32,416 nt of DNA from Asterionella formosa (Eukaryota). A program made the position numbers and the translations under genes. Below the pieces are notes generated by a model. That model was given only the letters and a program-made list of their open reading frames with translations. It had not been told where the DNA came from and made no database searches. This document shows positions 18,938 to 29,440 of this stretch, piece after piece (position 1 is the stretch's first letter; each line of letters opens with the position of its first letter). The DNA lies in NCBI GenBank assembly GCA_002256025.1, contig NKIB01000458.1, forward strand, positions 1 to 32,416. Reading direction: 5' to 3'.

Positions 18938-19735
18938 CCGTAAAACCTGGTGTCTCGTATCCCCCCTGATACCTGTACCCCCTTTCGTACATCTGGCACA
19001 ACACCCCCAAATATTTTATGTCTACAGAAAAAATAACAGCATATTATTGTATTCTAGCTATTTATTAATGCATTTACTATAATTGTATTCTTACCGGTCA
19101 CCATGAAACAACAATCAACAACAACACGAGCGATGCCAATGACATTTGCGATGGCGATATCCTTGTCCTGAGATCTATTTCAAAAGTCGAAGCTGCAACT
19201 TGCATGCTTGTTGTGGAGCGATTATCAAGATGAATGCTAAAGGCTCAGGCAGTTCTGGCCTTGATGTTGTCGGCTTGCCGGAAGTGTTAACAGAATCATT
19301 TCGTCTGCTGCCTCATGATGCAGAAATATTTCGTGAATGTCATGATTCTGGTCGAACAATCATATAAGTGATGTGGTTGGCTTACATTAATTTCCATCAC
19401 GATCCAAGTCGTAGAGTCTACACAAGTTAATACCGTTGTAGGATTAGGTACAAATGGGTACAGACACCTGGAATTACTTTTGATGCCATAACAAAACTCG
19501 GGCGCACCGGTGCACCAAAAATAGAAATTCTATTGATCATAGAAACTGTTTGAACCTACAACAACATATCTTTTAATATTGCTATTTACGTTTTAGACTA
19601 CGGAGAAAACGGTGGTGAAGTTGGTTTGCTCGTAGTGTTGGATTATCAAAAAAGGTCCGATGTCTTGTACTCCCCTCTAAGTAAAATCAGTCGTGGCTGT
19701 GTACATTGAGGGGTACGAGACACCAGGTTTTACTG
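18938..19735. mobile_element. 798-bp non-autonomous Tc1/mariner (pogo-like) element or MITE
   Basis: TA|CCGTAAAACCTGGTGTCTCGTATCCCC ... GGGGTACGAGACACCAGGTTTTACTG|TA: TIRs of about 26 bp, with TA duplication at 18936-18937 and 19736-19737. Confidence 0.85.
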
Positions 19736-20088
19736 TACCAGGTACCAGTACATAGGGGCCTCATCTAAACAATGTTTTGGTACATGTTCCCTGGTATCGC
19801 TAAGATCCGTATGGTACCAGGTTCCAGGTGCCTGGTAGTTTCTTCATTCATTCTGGTCGTATATACCTATATATCCGGTAACACCTATGTACCTACATAA
19901 AATACTGGTGTATTTATTTTTGGATCTTTCTTGCGAACCAAAAAACTGTTGAGCAATAATCATGGTGGTCACAATCGTCGACAAAAGGAATTGAAAATCA
20001 AAAAGAAAAGTTCTGCACCGATGAGGGAAGGAGAAAGCAGGGTTTGAACATTTTTCTGGTAGTGTGCGATATTATCTTCCATCTTTCA

Positions 20089-21941
20089 ATGTTTCATTCC
20101 TCTGTTTCGTATAGGCATGCAGCTCTTGTGCTGATGGTTTCACTGATGGTGCCCTTCACCAGCTGGGGTTGCACTGATGTTCTTGTAACTCCAGGTGCCT
20201 CGGACGATGGCTCGGCCATGATTGCCTATAACGCTGACAGTGGAGCTCTTATGGGATCCCTATACCATTATCCTGCTACGGAGGGAAGAGGCGGAGAGAT
20301 GAGACAAGTTTATGATTGGGATTCTGGTGTAAGTGGTGATTGAACCACCGAGTCCTACAAATCTACAGGAAAGTGCGAAGTTACTCATTACATCTTTCTA
20401 ACATCCCGAACCCGCATCAGCAATACCTTGGAAATATATCAGAGGTGAACCAAACGTACAATGTGGTTGGTAATGTCAACGAATTCGGTCTCTGTATCGG
20501 AGAGAGTACATTTGGCGGCCTTGAACTATTCGCCAAACAACTTGGGGCTGCTGTCGACTACGGATCCCTCATCTATATAACATTGCAACGCGCCAAGACG
20601 GCCCGTGAAGCGATTTCGATCATGGTAGCTCTAATGGACGAGTATGGTTACGCATCCGAGGGGGAATCTTTTTCAATTGCCGATCATTTGGGTGAAGTTT
20701 GGATCATGGAAGTGATTGGTAGAGGCGATACTGGAAGAAAGGGAGCAGTATGGGTGGCACTAAGAGTGCCAGATGGATACGTCACAGCACATGCTAATCA
20801 AGCCCGCATAACCACCTTTCCCCGTGATGATCCCAACAACTGCCTTTATGCTGATGATGTTGTGGATCTTGCAATTCATGCTGGCCTATTTCCCGTGGAC
20901 GCTGACGAGAATGAGTTTTCCTTTTCTGACATATACAATCCAGTTTCCTTCACCGGCGCGAGAATGTCTGAGGCACGAGTCTGGTCCATTTTTAGTCGCA
21001 TCGCTGATGAAGATGGCACCTTTCAAAATGAATTTGTTGACTATGCTGCTGGACGAAATCTGACACATCGGATGCCCCTTTGGATCAAGCCGTACAAGAG
21101 GCTACAACTAGTGGACTTAATGGCAGTCATGAGCAATCACTATGAAGACTCAGAACTAGACGCATCTTTAGATGTCGGAGCTGGCTTCTACAAGGATCCG
21201 TATCGTCCGCGCCCATTGCTATGGAAACACAAGGATAGCATGTATCACAACGAACGTACCGTTGGAACTCAGCAAACTGGATGGAACTTCATTGCTCAAA
21301 TGAGGAGTTGGATGCCTAGGGAGCTTGCTGCCCTTGTATGGTTCGCCGTCGACGATAGTTCGATGGCGCCTCGGGTGCCGGTATATGGAAGCAGCACTAG
21401 TATCAGTACGCCGTACTCGGGAAAAGGAAGCCAAGATGGAGTCGTAGAACCTGTCCTCAAATTCGACATTAAAAAAGCATTCTGGGTTCAGAATATGGTC
21501 TCCAACTTCGTTTATCCCAGGTTTGCGGAAATCTACCCTCATGTCAGAGACAAGATTGACCAAATTCAAGAAAAATATTTAGGAGAGACGGCGTTGACCG
21601 ACGAGAAAGCTTTGGAGTTATACAACAGTAATGGTCCGGGCGCAGCAATTGCATTTGTGACCAAATATGGCATAGGTGCGGGGGAGGAACTCCATGCACT
21701 ATGGTTCGAGTTTTATGGTTATCTATTTGCGCGTTTTCGGGACTTCTTTGATATTGTCCCTAACAGTGATAATCCTGGCTGCGGCTGCGAGGTGAAGGAG
21801 CCAGGCTTTACTGACGAGTGGAAACAACGAATCGTTGACGAGACTGGAAGCCACTACGAAGTTAAGTCGGGATCAATTATAAGTATGCCGAAACGTGTGA
21901 ATCTGAGAGCATCACAAACATCTGAAAAGAAAATGCAATAA
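20089..21941 (+). CDS. Peptidase family C69 dipeptidase (secernin-like Ntn hydrolase) with signal peptide; exons 20089-20328 and 20421-21941, 586 aa
   Basis: Hydrophobic leader then CTDVLVTPGASDDGSAMIAYNADS (N-terminal Cys nucleophile); GNVNEFGLCIGESTFGG, DYGSLIYITLQRAKTAREAI, GESFSIAD, HANQARI, EARVWS. Phase-0 intron 20329-20420 (GTAAGT...CTAAC...CAG) joins DWDSG|QYLG. Confidence 0.93.
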
Positions 21942-21962
21942 TGATTCATTAAAGCAAGAATC

Positions 21963-23882
21963 CTAGTCCTTGTGACTTTCTTCCCAAAGTTCGAGAAGGG
22001 GCTTGTCCTTGTAGTAACCTTGACCCTGTGCACCATCTTTAAATACCATTCCTTCAATATAACCAATGTACTCATCATTCATTCGAAAAGTGTCGTCGCC
22101 ATGGTCGGACCTTCGAATGAGCTGACTCAGTGTCCCCTGGTCCTTAGTTTCGCCAGTATTTGACACAGGCAAATGCAAGTTGAATCCACGTTTCGCCATT
22201 GCCGGAACAGCGAAATTAGCACTTTTGGCACCCATGATCGTGTTATCGCCTTCAACAGGAGCTTTCCCAACTTCATGAGGATGGTCTGGTCCACGCACGT
22301 CCAAGCGACGAATGCGATCTGGTAGGTCCTCCATCTTGTCTGTTCCATAATTTTGACGATCGATAAGGTCGTGCTGGTAATTCTCTGTATTAATATCGTT
22401 CAGTCCCAAAATTTCATCATCATCGTGTGTCCGCTTGTACTCTTCCAGTTGCATTCCCTTGTCGATGTAGGTACCGAAGCAGTCGTTATTTCCTTCATGT
22501 TCGGCCTGAAGGGCCAAGGCAATGGCATCATTCGGAATGGGACCAATGAAAGAATTTGAGAGTGGATCAGTGATAATCAAGGTAAAGGGCAAGGTCAAGC
22601 CATCTGCACAATTCTTTAGACGACTCAGAAACTCTCTATATCTGACGTAGTTAGGAGATGGAGAGCTGAAAGCCCCGCCATCATTGTCCAAATGGTGTTT
22701 CTTGCCAGCATCGCCAGATCCAAAGGGATTGGCAGAAGTGAGCCTCGAGTGCACTTTATTGAGGAGTCCTTCGACACTTGTGTAGACGCCATCCAATCCG
22801 CCTTCGTCAAGCTCCAATTCCAGTTCTGGAATGGAAAGACCAGCGGTGTCACTCTTGAGTACTTCTCTAGCGAGATCGTCCATGCTCGTGACCGACAAGA
22901 TAATCTTTGTACCGTATTTTGGAATGGCGCCACCACCTTTGATCTCATTTGACTTGAATCCACACAATTCACAAAAAAGCGACATGATAATAACTTCTTT
23001 AAAGTGCGGAATGTCAGTGAGACACATGCTTGTCTCGGCAGGTTTGAAACAATGAGGACACAATGTTCCAAACTTCATCACTTCTTCTTTGGCATTGAAA
23101 TCTCCGTCGACCATGTGTTTTCCCTTTGTACTGCTGTTGGCAGGATTCTTATGAGTAGGGTTGTTATCATCAATCCTGCCAGCTTCTATTGCTTGTTGGG
23201 ATGGTTGCAAGCCAATCGCCATGTCTTGTGTCGCAGTGCGAAAGTACTTGGCCGATGTCATGTTGGGATCTTGTGCTGGAGCGAGGGGATTCTCGATAAA
23301 TGAATTTCCAGCAGGATCGTCGAGTATGATATCGAAAGGAAACGAATTTTTGGATCCATCATCATCTTCATCGCCTTCCTCTACTGCATCTCCAGCACAC
23401 CGTCTCAAGCCGTCGATGACATTCTTGCATCGATGGAAATTGGCAACATCGCCCAACCGCAATCGCTCTGGTTGCAGGCTTTGCAAGTTGTCGGCTGCTC
23501 GCTTGAGCATTCCTTCTATCGTCGACATGGTTCCTCGTTGAGTCCCAGGAGGAATCTCCAAATCAAGTTGAGGAATCGTCATGCTGCAACTGTCTGACTT
23601 GATAATTTGTCGGTTCAGATCCTCAGCGGACATGACCCTCAAGCTGACTTTCTCGCCCTTTTCTTGAATCTCGCCTCCAAAGTTGATTTCCGTGTTTCTA
23701 TAGTTGCAATCTTCGCAGGAGAAGCTCATAACTATAATCTCGCGAAACAGAGGAACTTTGGTGGGTAGCATGACGGTTGTCCCGCCAGATGATTTACAGG
23801 CGGGGCAAAAGCAATTGTAGATAACGTTGAGGTCCTCTTCGTAGCCTTGGTGCCAGCCGACAATATCTGGAAGTGAAGCCAT
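21963..23882 (-). CDS. ZPR1: Zinc finger protein ZPR1 (two C4 zinc finger plus A/B domain modules) with C-terminal extension, 639 aa
   Basis: CPAC...LPTKVPLFREIIVMSFSCEDCNYRNTEI...DLNRQIIKSD...LDDPAGNSFIENP; second module CPHC...IPHFKEVIIMSLFCELCGFKSNEIKGGG...DLAREVLKSD...DPLSNSFI. First ATG at 23882. Confidence 0.95.
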   Translation of the reverse strand: MASLPDIVGWHQGYEEDLNVIYNCFCPACKSSGGTTVMLPTKVPLFREIIVMSFSCEDCNYRNTEINFGGEIQEKGEKVSLRVMSAEDLNRQIIKSDSCSMTIPQLDLEIPPGTQRGTMSTIEGMLKRAADNLQSLQPERLRLGDVANFHRCKNVIDGLRRCAGDAVEEGDEDDDGSKNSFPFDIILDDPAGNSFIENPLAPAQDPNMTSAKYFRTATQDMAIGLQPSQQAIEAGRIDDNNPTHKNPANSSTKGKHMVDGDFNAKEEVMKFGTLCPHCFKPAETSMCLTDIPHFKEVIIMSLFCELCGFKSNEIKGGGAIPKYGTKIILSVTSMDDLAREVLKSDTAGLSIPELELELDEGGLDGVYTSVEGLLNKVHSRLTSANPFGSGDAGKKHHLDNDGGAFSSPSPNYVRYREFLSRLKNCADGLTLPFTLIITDPLSNSFIGPIPNDAIALALQAEHEGNNDCFGTYIDKGMQLEEYKRTHDDDEILGLNDINTENYQHDLIDRQNYGTDKMEDLPDRIRRLDVRGPDHPHEVGKAPVEGDNTIMGAKSANFAVPAMAKRGFNLHLPVSNTGETKDQGTLSQLIRRSDHGDDTFRMNDEYIGYIEGMVFKDGAQGQGYYKDKPLLELWEESHKD

Positions 23883-24033
23883 GCTAGTACTGCGTGGGGA
23901 TGTAATGCGTCTGCTTCCGTTTGAGTACTGGGTACCGGTTGATCCAGTGACTGACTTGGAGCAAGGAGGCCGCAGGAAGAAAGCAATGTTAGCAAGAATG
24001 CAAAGGAGAATCAAAAATGAGGAATACAATATA

Positions 24034-24545
24034 GGGCGCGCTCTGATTATAAAAAACTATTACATATGACGTGTATTGTAACTAACACAAATCGTTATTA
24101 CCAATAACCAAAGGGGTGGTCAACACAAACACAAATTTTTACAGTTATAAATAACAGTGCATCATTAAAGAAGTTGTACAGGCATTAATGACTAATATCA
24201 GTGCATTATTTAAGAAGATGTATAGGCATTATGACTACATGGAATTTCCCAGAATATTTCAAGACTTGCTTGCTCATACTCAAAATGGCTTGCTCTTGCC
24301 AAAATAGGTATGCATACACACATGCATATCATTACATATCAATCAACCTCCTCAATACACTGATCCATTGTTGCTTTTAGATACATTTCAATAATGTCTT
24401 CATCTTCTTCCGGTCAAAGGAGACCAGCCAGGGAGGGCTTCCCTTCCTCTCGAAGGCTGCTTGAATGTTGCTCTCACCAACAAGAACAACAACGGATTCA
24501 CCCAGAAGAAGACAAGGAGGAGGATGAAAATGAAGATGCACACTG
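24034..24545 (+). mobile_element. Truncated second copy of the Harbinger left end (TIR through start of the Myb-like ORF)
   Basis: GGGCGCGCTCTGATTATAAAAA followed by near-identity to 6623 to about 7090 (e.g. aatatttcaagacttgcttgctcatactcaaaatggcttgctcttgccaaaataggtatgcatac; atgtcttcatc...agggagggcttcccttcctctc). Confidence 0.9.
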
Positions 24546-24988
24546 ACTCCAATGGTCGATCATAGTTTCAAAGCCCCACAGGCGGGCTGAAACCAAAATA
24601 TGCAGATGGCGCAATTACCACACCTTCTTTGTGCCAGTATTGGTAATTAAACAGTGATGATCACATCACTGATCACATCACTAAAAAAAGGGGAATTGGT
24701 GGGTCGAAAAAATCAAGCTGTCTGTCTGTCACCACGTCTATGACATTTTGATCCCCACATGAACTAACCACATGGTGATGAACATCGTCTCATTCACCAT
24801 CGAGATGTGGCTTGAAAATACCATGATTTATTATTAGCGATTCCATTTATTTATTTTCTAATCTATTTTATAAATACCAAAGCTAACGCATTGACCGCCT
24901 GGTTCAGTCAGCAACCGGAAGTTGCATTTCAAGTGATCAGGTACAGGTCGAACGCTCATATATTCAGGCCTTCAAGAAAAAACTAGCG

Positions 24989-26097
24989 ATGGCATCGATT
25001 TCACTCCTAGAAAAGCTCAAGGACTCCCTCACCGAGGATCCCACCACTTGGAAGGACTCCTCCTTGCTCAGTGTCACTCAAATTACTCCTGCGGGACTCA
25101 CTCTCCTCATGGAGACGGCGAAAGAAATGAAATCCATTGTACGAGAAAAAGGCGGCGATAACCGCCTCCAGCACAAAGTCTTGGCCACTGTCTTTTATGA
25201 AGCCTCTACTCGAACCTCCTGCTCGTTTCAAGCGGCCATGCAGCGCCTCGGCGGCACAGTCATCCATGTCGATGGACAGGGAAATTCGAGTGCCAACAAA
25301 AAGGGAGAAAGCCTTACCGATACCATTCGTTGCCTGCAATGCTATAGTGACGTGACTGTCCTCAGGCACCCTGTCGAGGGAAGTGTAGGACAAGCTATCG
25401 AGGCTTGCCAGAAGCCTGTCGTGAATGCAGGAGATGGAACCGGGGAACATCCAACCCAAGCTTTGTTGGATGTATTTACGATTTGTGATGAACTTCATGA
25501 TCATTTGGTGGCCAATAAGAAGGAAAAATCGACCATTGTTCTCTTGGGAGACTTGAAGCATGGTCGGACCGTCCACTCCTTAGCAAAGTTGCTGGCCCGA
25601 AGTGGCATGGCTGTTAAGCTGAGATATTGCTCCCCAGAGTCACTCGCCATGCCTGAATATGTTAAGGAATACGTGGCGGGCTGCAATGTAGAACAAGAAG
25701 AAATAAATGACTTGAATATTGCCGTTCATGGTGCCAATGTATTGTATGTTACAAGGGTTCAAAAGGAACGGTTTGAATCGCAAGACGCGTATGACTCTGT
25801 CAAGGTACGTTCTTTTATGGAAACAACAGAACGGCTGTTACCTGAACATTGGATATGTACTAATGTTTATCGAAATATCACTCATCCATAATATTCACTC
25901 ATTAGGGATCCTATATCGTCGACGCCGAACTAATGGCCAAGGCACCTGACAATATGATTGTTATGCACCCCTTACCACGTGTCGACGAAATTAGCACAAA
26001 TGTTGATTCAGACAAACGAGCTGCTTACTTTCGACAAATGGAAAATGGTATGTTTGTTAGAATGGCTTTACTGTCGTTAGTCATGGGCACTGTGTAG
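24989..26097 (+). CDS. pyrB: Aspartate carbamoyltransferase, monofunctional; exons 24989-25804 and 25906-26097, 335 aa
   Basis: [65 protein letters not shown]. Phase-0 intron 25805-25905 (GTACGT...TTAG). Exon 2 supplies [10 protein letters not shown]...[18 protein letters not shown]. Confidence 0.96.
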
Positions 26098-26495
26098 ACG
26101 AATGAAACACCGGAAATTCGCTCGATGTTGGCAACGCCACTGTATACACGACGATTCCCAGTTAATCATTGGTTGTTCAAGACGCAGCTCGTACCAGTTT
26201 AGTAATAAGAGAATGTTTTGCACAATGGGCGTATGATCACTTTTTCGTTTCTAGAACAAAGCCTCAGAAGCTATCTTCGCACTGTCCACCTATAACCAGT
26301 AGGCTATGTAAAACGCGTAATATGACAATCATGCACAACGACGACACATTGCTTCTGGCGTGACCAACACTACAGACACATGTAAAAGCCAAACGCAGAT
26401 CAAACTAGAACACATCAATTTTTTTAAACATAAACCAATAATAGTCTCAACGCGTAGCCATGCCATGATGATAAATGTCATGACATTCGAGGCGA

Positions 26496-28521
26496 TTAAA
26501 ATCCATTTGCTTCAATAACTTTGCGCCCCTCAATGAAATCCCTCACCATGAGGTCACTATTTCCTTTGCCACAATCAATCTCAGAGGGAAGGAAATTTTC
26601 AAATCCAGGCGCCATTACTTTGTTCAAGTCATTGAATGTAATGCGTTGCGTTTTCTCTCGAAAATCTTTATGCAACATTGGCTTAACCACAGGGCCCCAC
26701 ATTTTTGAGAACCATGAAGGTTGGTTTACAATCAAAAACATTTCCACTCGAGTGGGAACCTTTCGGCCTTGCACAGCCATCATCATTCTGTGGAAGTAAC
26801 TAACACTGAAATGATGCATCTTACAGTCTGACATGTTCATGATAAATCCGATTCCTCGGGACGACATTTGTTCGTCCTCCATCATGCAATTCATGACGTA
26901 GATGAGATTGTCAATTGCTGAATCAACAGGAGCTTCCCTTGGCGAAAACCGATTTGCTTGCATGTAAAACACTGCAGAGTGAAGGAGAAAGATTTTAGAA
27001 ATAGCTTTCCATATACCGGTACGTATAATGAACAAGAATGCCAATCAAACCACACTTACTACAATGGCCGAACCTATCCTTTAGCCCTCGACAAGGAAAT
27101 ATTATTTTTGATTTCAAAAATATCTCCATGGTTTCGATTTCTAAATTCAAATAACGGCGGTCGAAATTCTTCATGACTTTCCAGGCTGACTTGTAATCGT
27201 AAGGTGTTCCGGGGGAACACTTGGCGAACCGAAGGTACCATTCGTCCGGAAATCCACCGTGACCACCTTGTTCCCAATTTCGCTTCAAAGTGGATATAGT
27301 GATGCGATAAGGTGAAGGAAGAATACTTAATTGTTCTTCAAAATACCGTGGTCGATGGGGCTGCGGCAATGAAGGACGTAATCTGTCAGATTGATGCAAG
27401 CCACGACTGTAGATACCCACTAGTACTCCCTGTGAGCTGTGACTGTTGTGAGACACAGGACCCCGGCTGCCTTCACCTCTGCTACTTCCACTTATTCCAT
27501 CACGACTATTAGCACTCTCACGACTACAAAGAACTGATGATTCCTCACTACCTATCATATGACGGATGCCCTCAGAAGATGGAGGCCGTCCCGCCCGGAC
27601 ATATGACGATTTCACCATGTTGCGCTGTCGGCGACTGACGGTCGTATCTGGAGGAGGCACATCGTTGCCATGATCTAGATCACGATTCTTTTTGCGATCA
27701 TTTACAGGTTGATCAATAAAGCTTCCATTTTCCAATGACGAATTCGGGGCAAAAGTGTCATCATCGATGGCCAGGGACTCCATCTGCTCCATCCTCGTCT
27801 CCTCGTCGTCGTCAGTTTGAGATTCCCTAATTTGGGATTTCTTAACGTTTTCTTGGGACTGGTACTTGAGAAATGACTCAAAAGCCATCGCAGTTTGTAT
27901 CGCCATCTTGTCGTTCTGGCCAGATTGTTGCAAAAAACTCTGCAACATTTCGCCGTGAAAGGATACCATGTGTACGATCGTATCCGGCATGCGAGATACA
28001 TCATCTGCCGAATTATCTACATATATGGTTTCAAAAGGAGGTGCGTGCAAGCCAGCAGAACCAAAGGAAAGTTGGGATGATTTTGGGGTCTCAAATGTAT
28101 CCCAGTTTTGGTTTCTGGGAGCTTCTCTGTTCCTGTCTGAAGGGGTATATTCCCACCCTTCATTGCGAGCTGGCTGTTGCAGGAGAAAGTCGTCACAGCT
28201 TCCACCTCCTGAAGAAGATTCCTGTGGCAAACTTCTACCACTGGGTGCTTTAGATGTTTTCTTACTCGATTTCTTGGATGACTTCATCACCTTTTCAGGG
28301 AAATATTCCTCTGTGACTCCTACTAGAGGCGAACTCTTTGCTCCTCGTGACAATTTTAAATCTTTTGATATAAAGGAATTAAGTGACCTTGTAGCACCTT
28401 GGACGTTACTGCTGCTTCTATCGCTTATATTAAAGCTGTCTCCAAACCCCGAATTGAAGTCGCTCGGGAAAAAATCATCCTGACTGCCCAAATCGTTGGT
28501 GCCTTCTTGGTTGGATGACAT
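26496..28521 (-). CDS. CRAL-TRIO (Sec14-like) lipid-binding domain protein with long Ser-rich disordered N-terminus; exons 28521-27060 and 26971-26496, 645 aa
   Basis: WYLRFAKCSPG...AWKVMK (CRAL N-like); GLKDRFGHC|MFYMQANRFSP; IDNLIYVMNCM; GIGFIMNMSD; PTRVEMFLIVNQPSWFSKMW...VKPML; LPSEI. Phase-1 intron 27059-26972 (GTAAGT...TGCAG). Confidence 0.85.
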
Positions 28522-28813
28522 TTAGTTGGTGCTCTTTCTGTTTTCTTCGACGATATAGAAGAATGGTATTGACGAAATGCTTTCCTGGTCTTTGCTCGTC
28601 CAGCTGAAGGCAGGTACGCTGGTTGTTGTAGATTAAGCAACTTGGTCTTGATTTTTATTTTGGTCGATGTGGTGAATTCAAGCTGTTACCTACCATTATT
28701 GTGAATTGGCTGGTGTCCCCTGTTCGGAATATTACTTAGTATTGTGCCAGGGAATCCTGAATGCCACCATACCGGTAGGTACATGCAAAAACTGGTAAAG
28801 TACAGAAAATCAA

Positions 28814-29440
28814 CAAGATTCCCCCCTGGTCCCGCCTCAGCGTTCCAAGTAGCCCGGATGGGAAATGACTCGGAGGACTCAAAAATAGTAGTTCGCACTG
28901 TTCTGACTGGGTGGGTGGGGGATCGTAAAAATTGGCCTGAATGGCATAGAAGCCTTCACATGGCCAATTAGTATTGAATTCACAAGACAATAAGATAACT
29001 ACACCAAGCCGAATCCATTTTTGTAAAACCCTCTCTTATCAGCCATATGGCTAGTCCTTCAACCATCGCAACCAGCACTTCCTTGCAGGACTTAGATTTG
29101 ACACAGAGCTGATTGTCAGCTTTTACTTAGAAGTGTGTTTCGCTGCACTTATGTCCTCATTTGTTTTAGCCTCCTCACTGACAAGAATCAAGATTCCCTG
29201 GTCCCGCCTCAGTCATCATATTACTACTGCATCAATGTGATCAGACGACATGCATAGCAGCATGGAACTTTTAGTACTCTTAGCTAGTACTATTTCAAAT
29301 AATATACTCGTATAATTTGTTAATAGGTGTTGCTAACAAGTTACAAAGTGTGACTGACTATTTGTGTTCCAAATAACCTGGATTGGGAATGACTCTTCAG
29401 AGGACTCAAATATAGTACTAGTTTGCACTAGTATTCTGAC
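28814..29440. repeat. Local direct duplication; second copy split by an insertion of about 150 bp
   Basis: 28814-28907 (caagattcccccctggtcccgcctcag|cgttccaagtagcccggatgggaaatgactc..gaggactcaaa..ttctgac) reappears as 29189-29212 plus 29365-29440. Confidence 0.75.

Noticed and set aside
23883..24029. Hydrophobic 49-aa N-terminal extension of the ZPR1 ORF that looks like a signal peptide
   Set aside because: It starts at TTG rather than ATG, abuts the transposon end, and ZPR1 is cytosolic/nuclear. The first ATG at 23882 is preferred.
24657..24682. Short tandem duplications tgatcacatcac x2 (also tgaacctaca x2 at 11991-12010)
   Set aside because: Two-copy slippage duplications with no further support for a function.
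25007..25576. Long antisense ORFs overlapping ATCase (and similarly ZPR1, C69 and CRAL-TRIO)
   Set aside because: Shadow frames of well-supported genes on the opposite strand.
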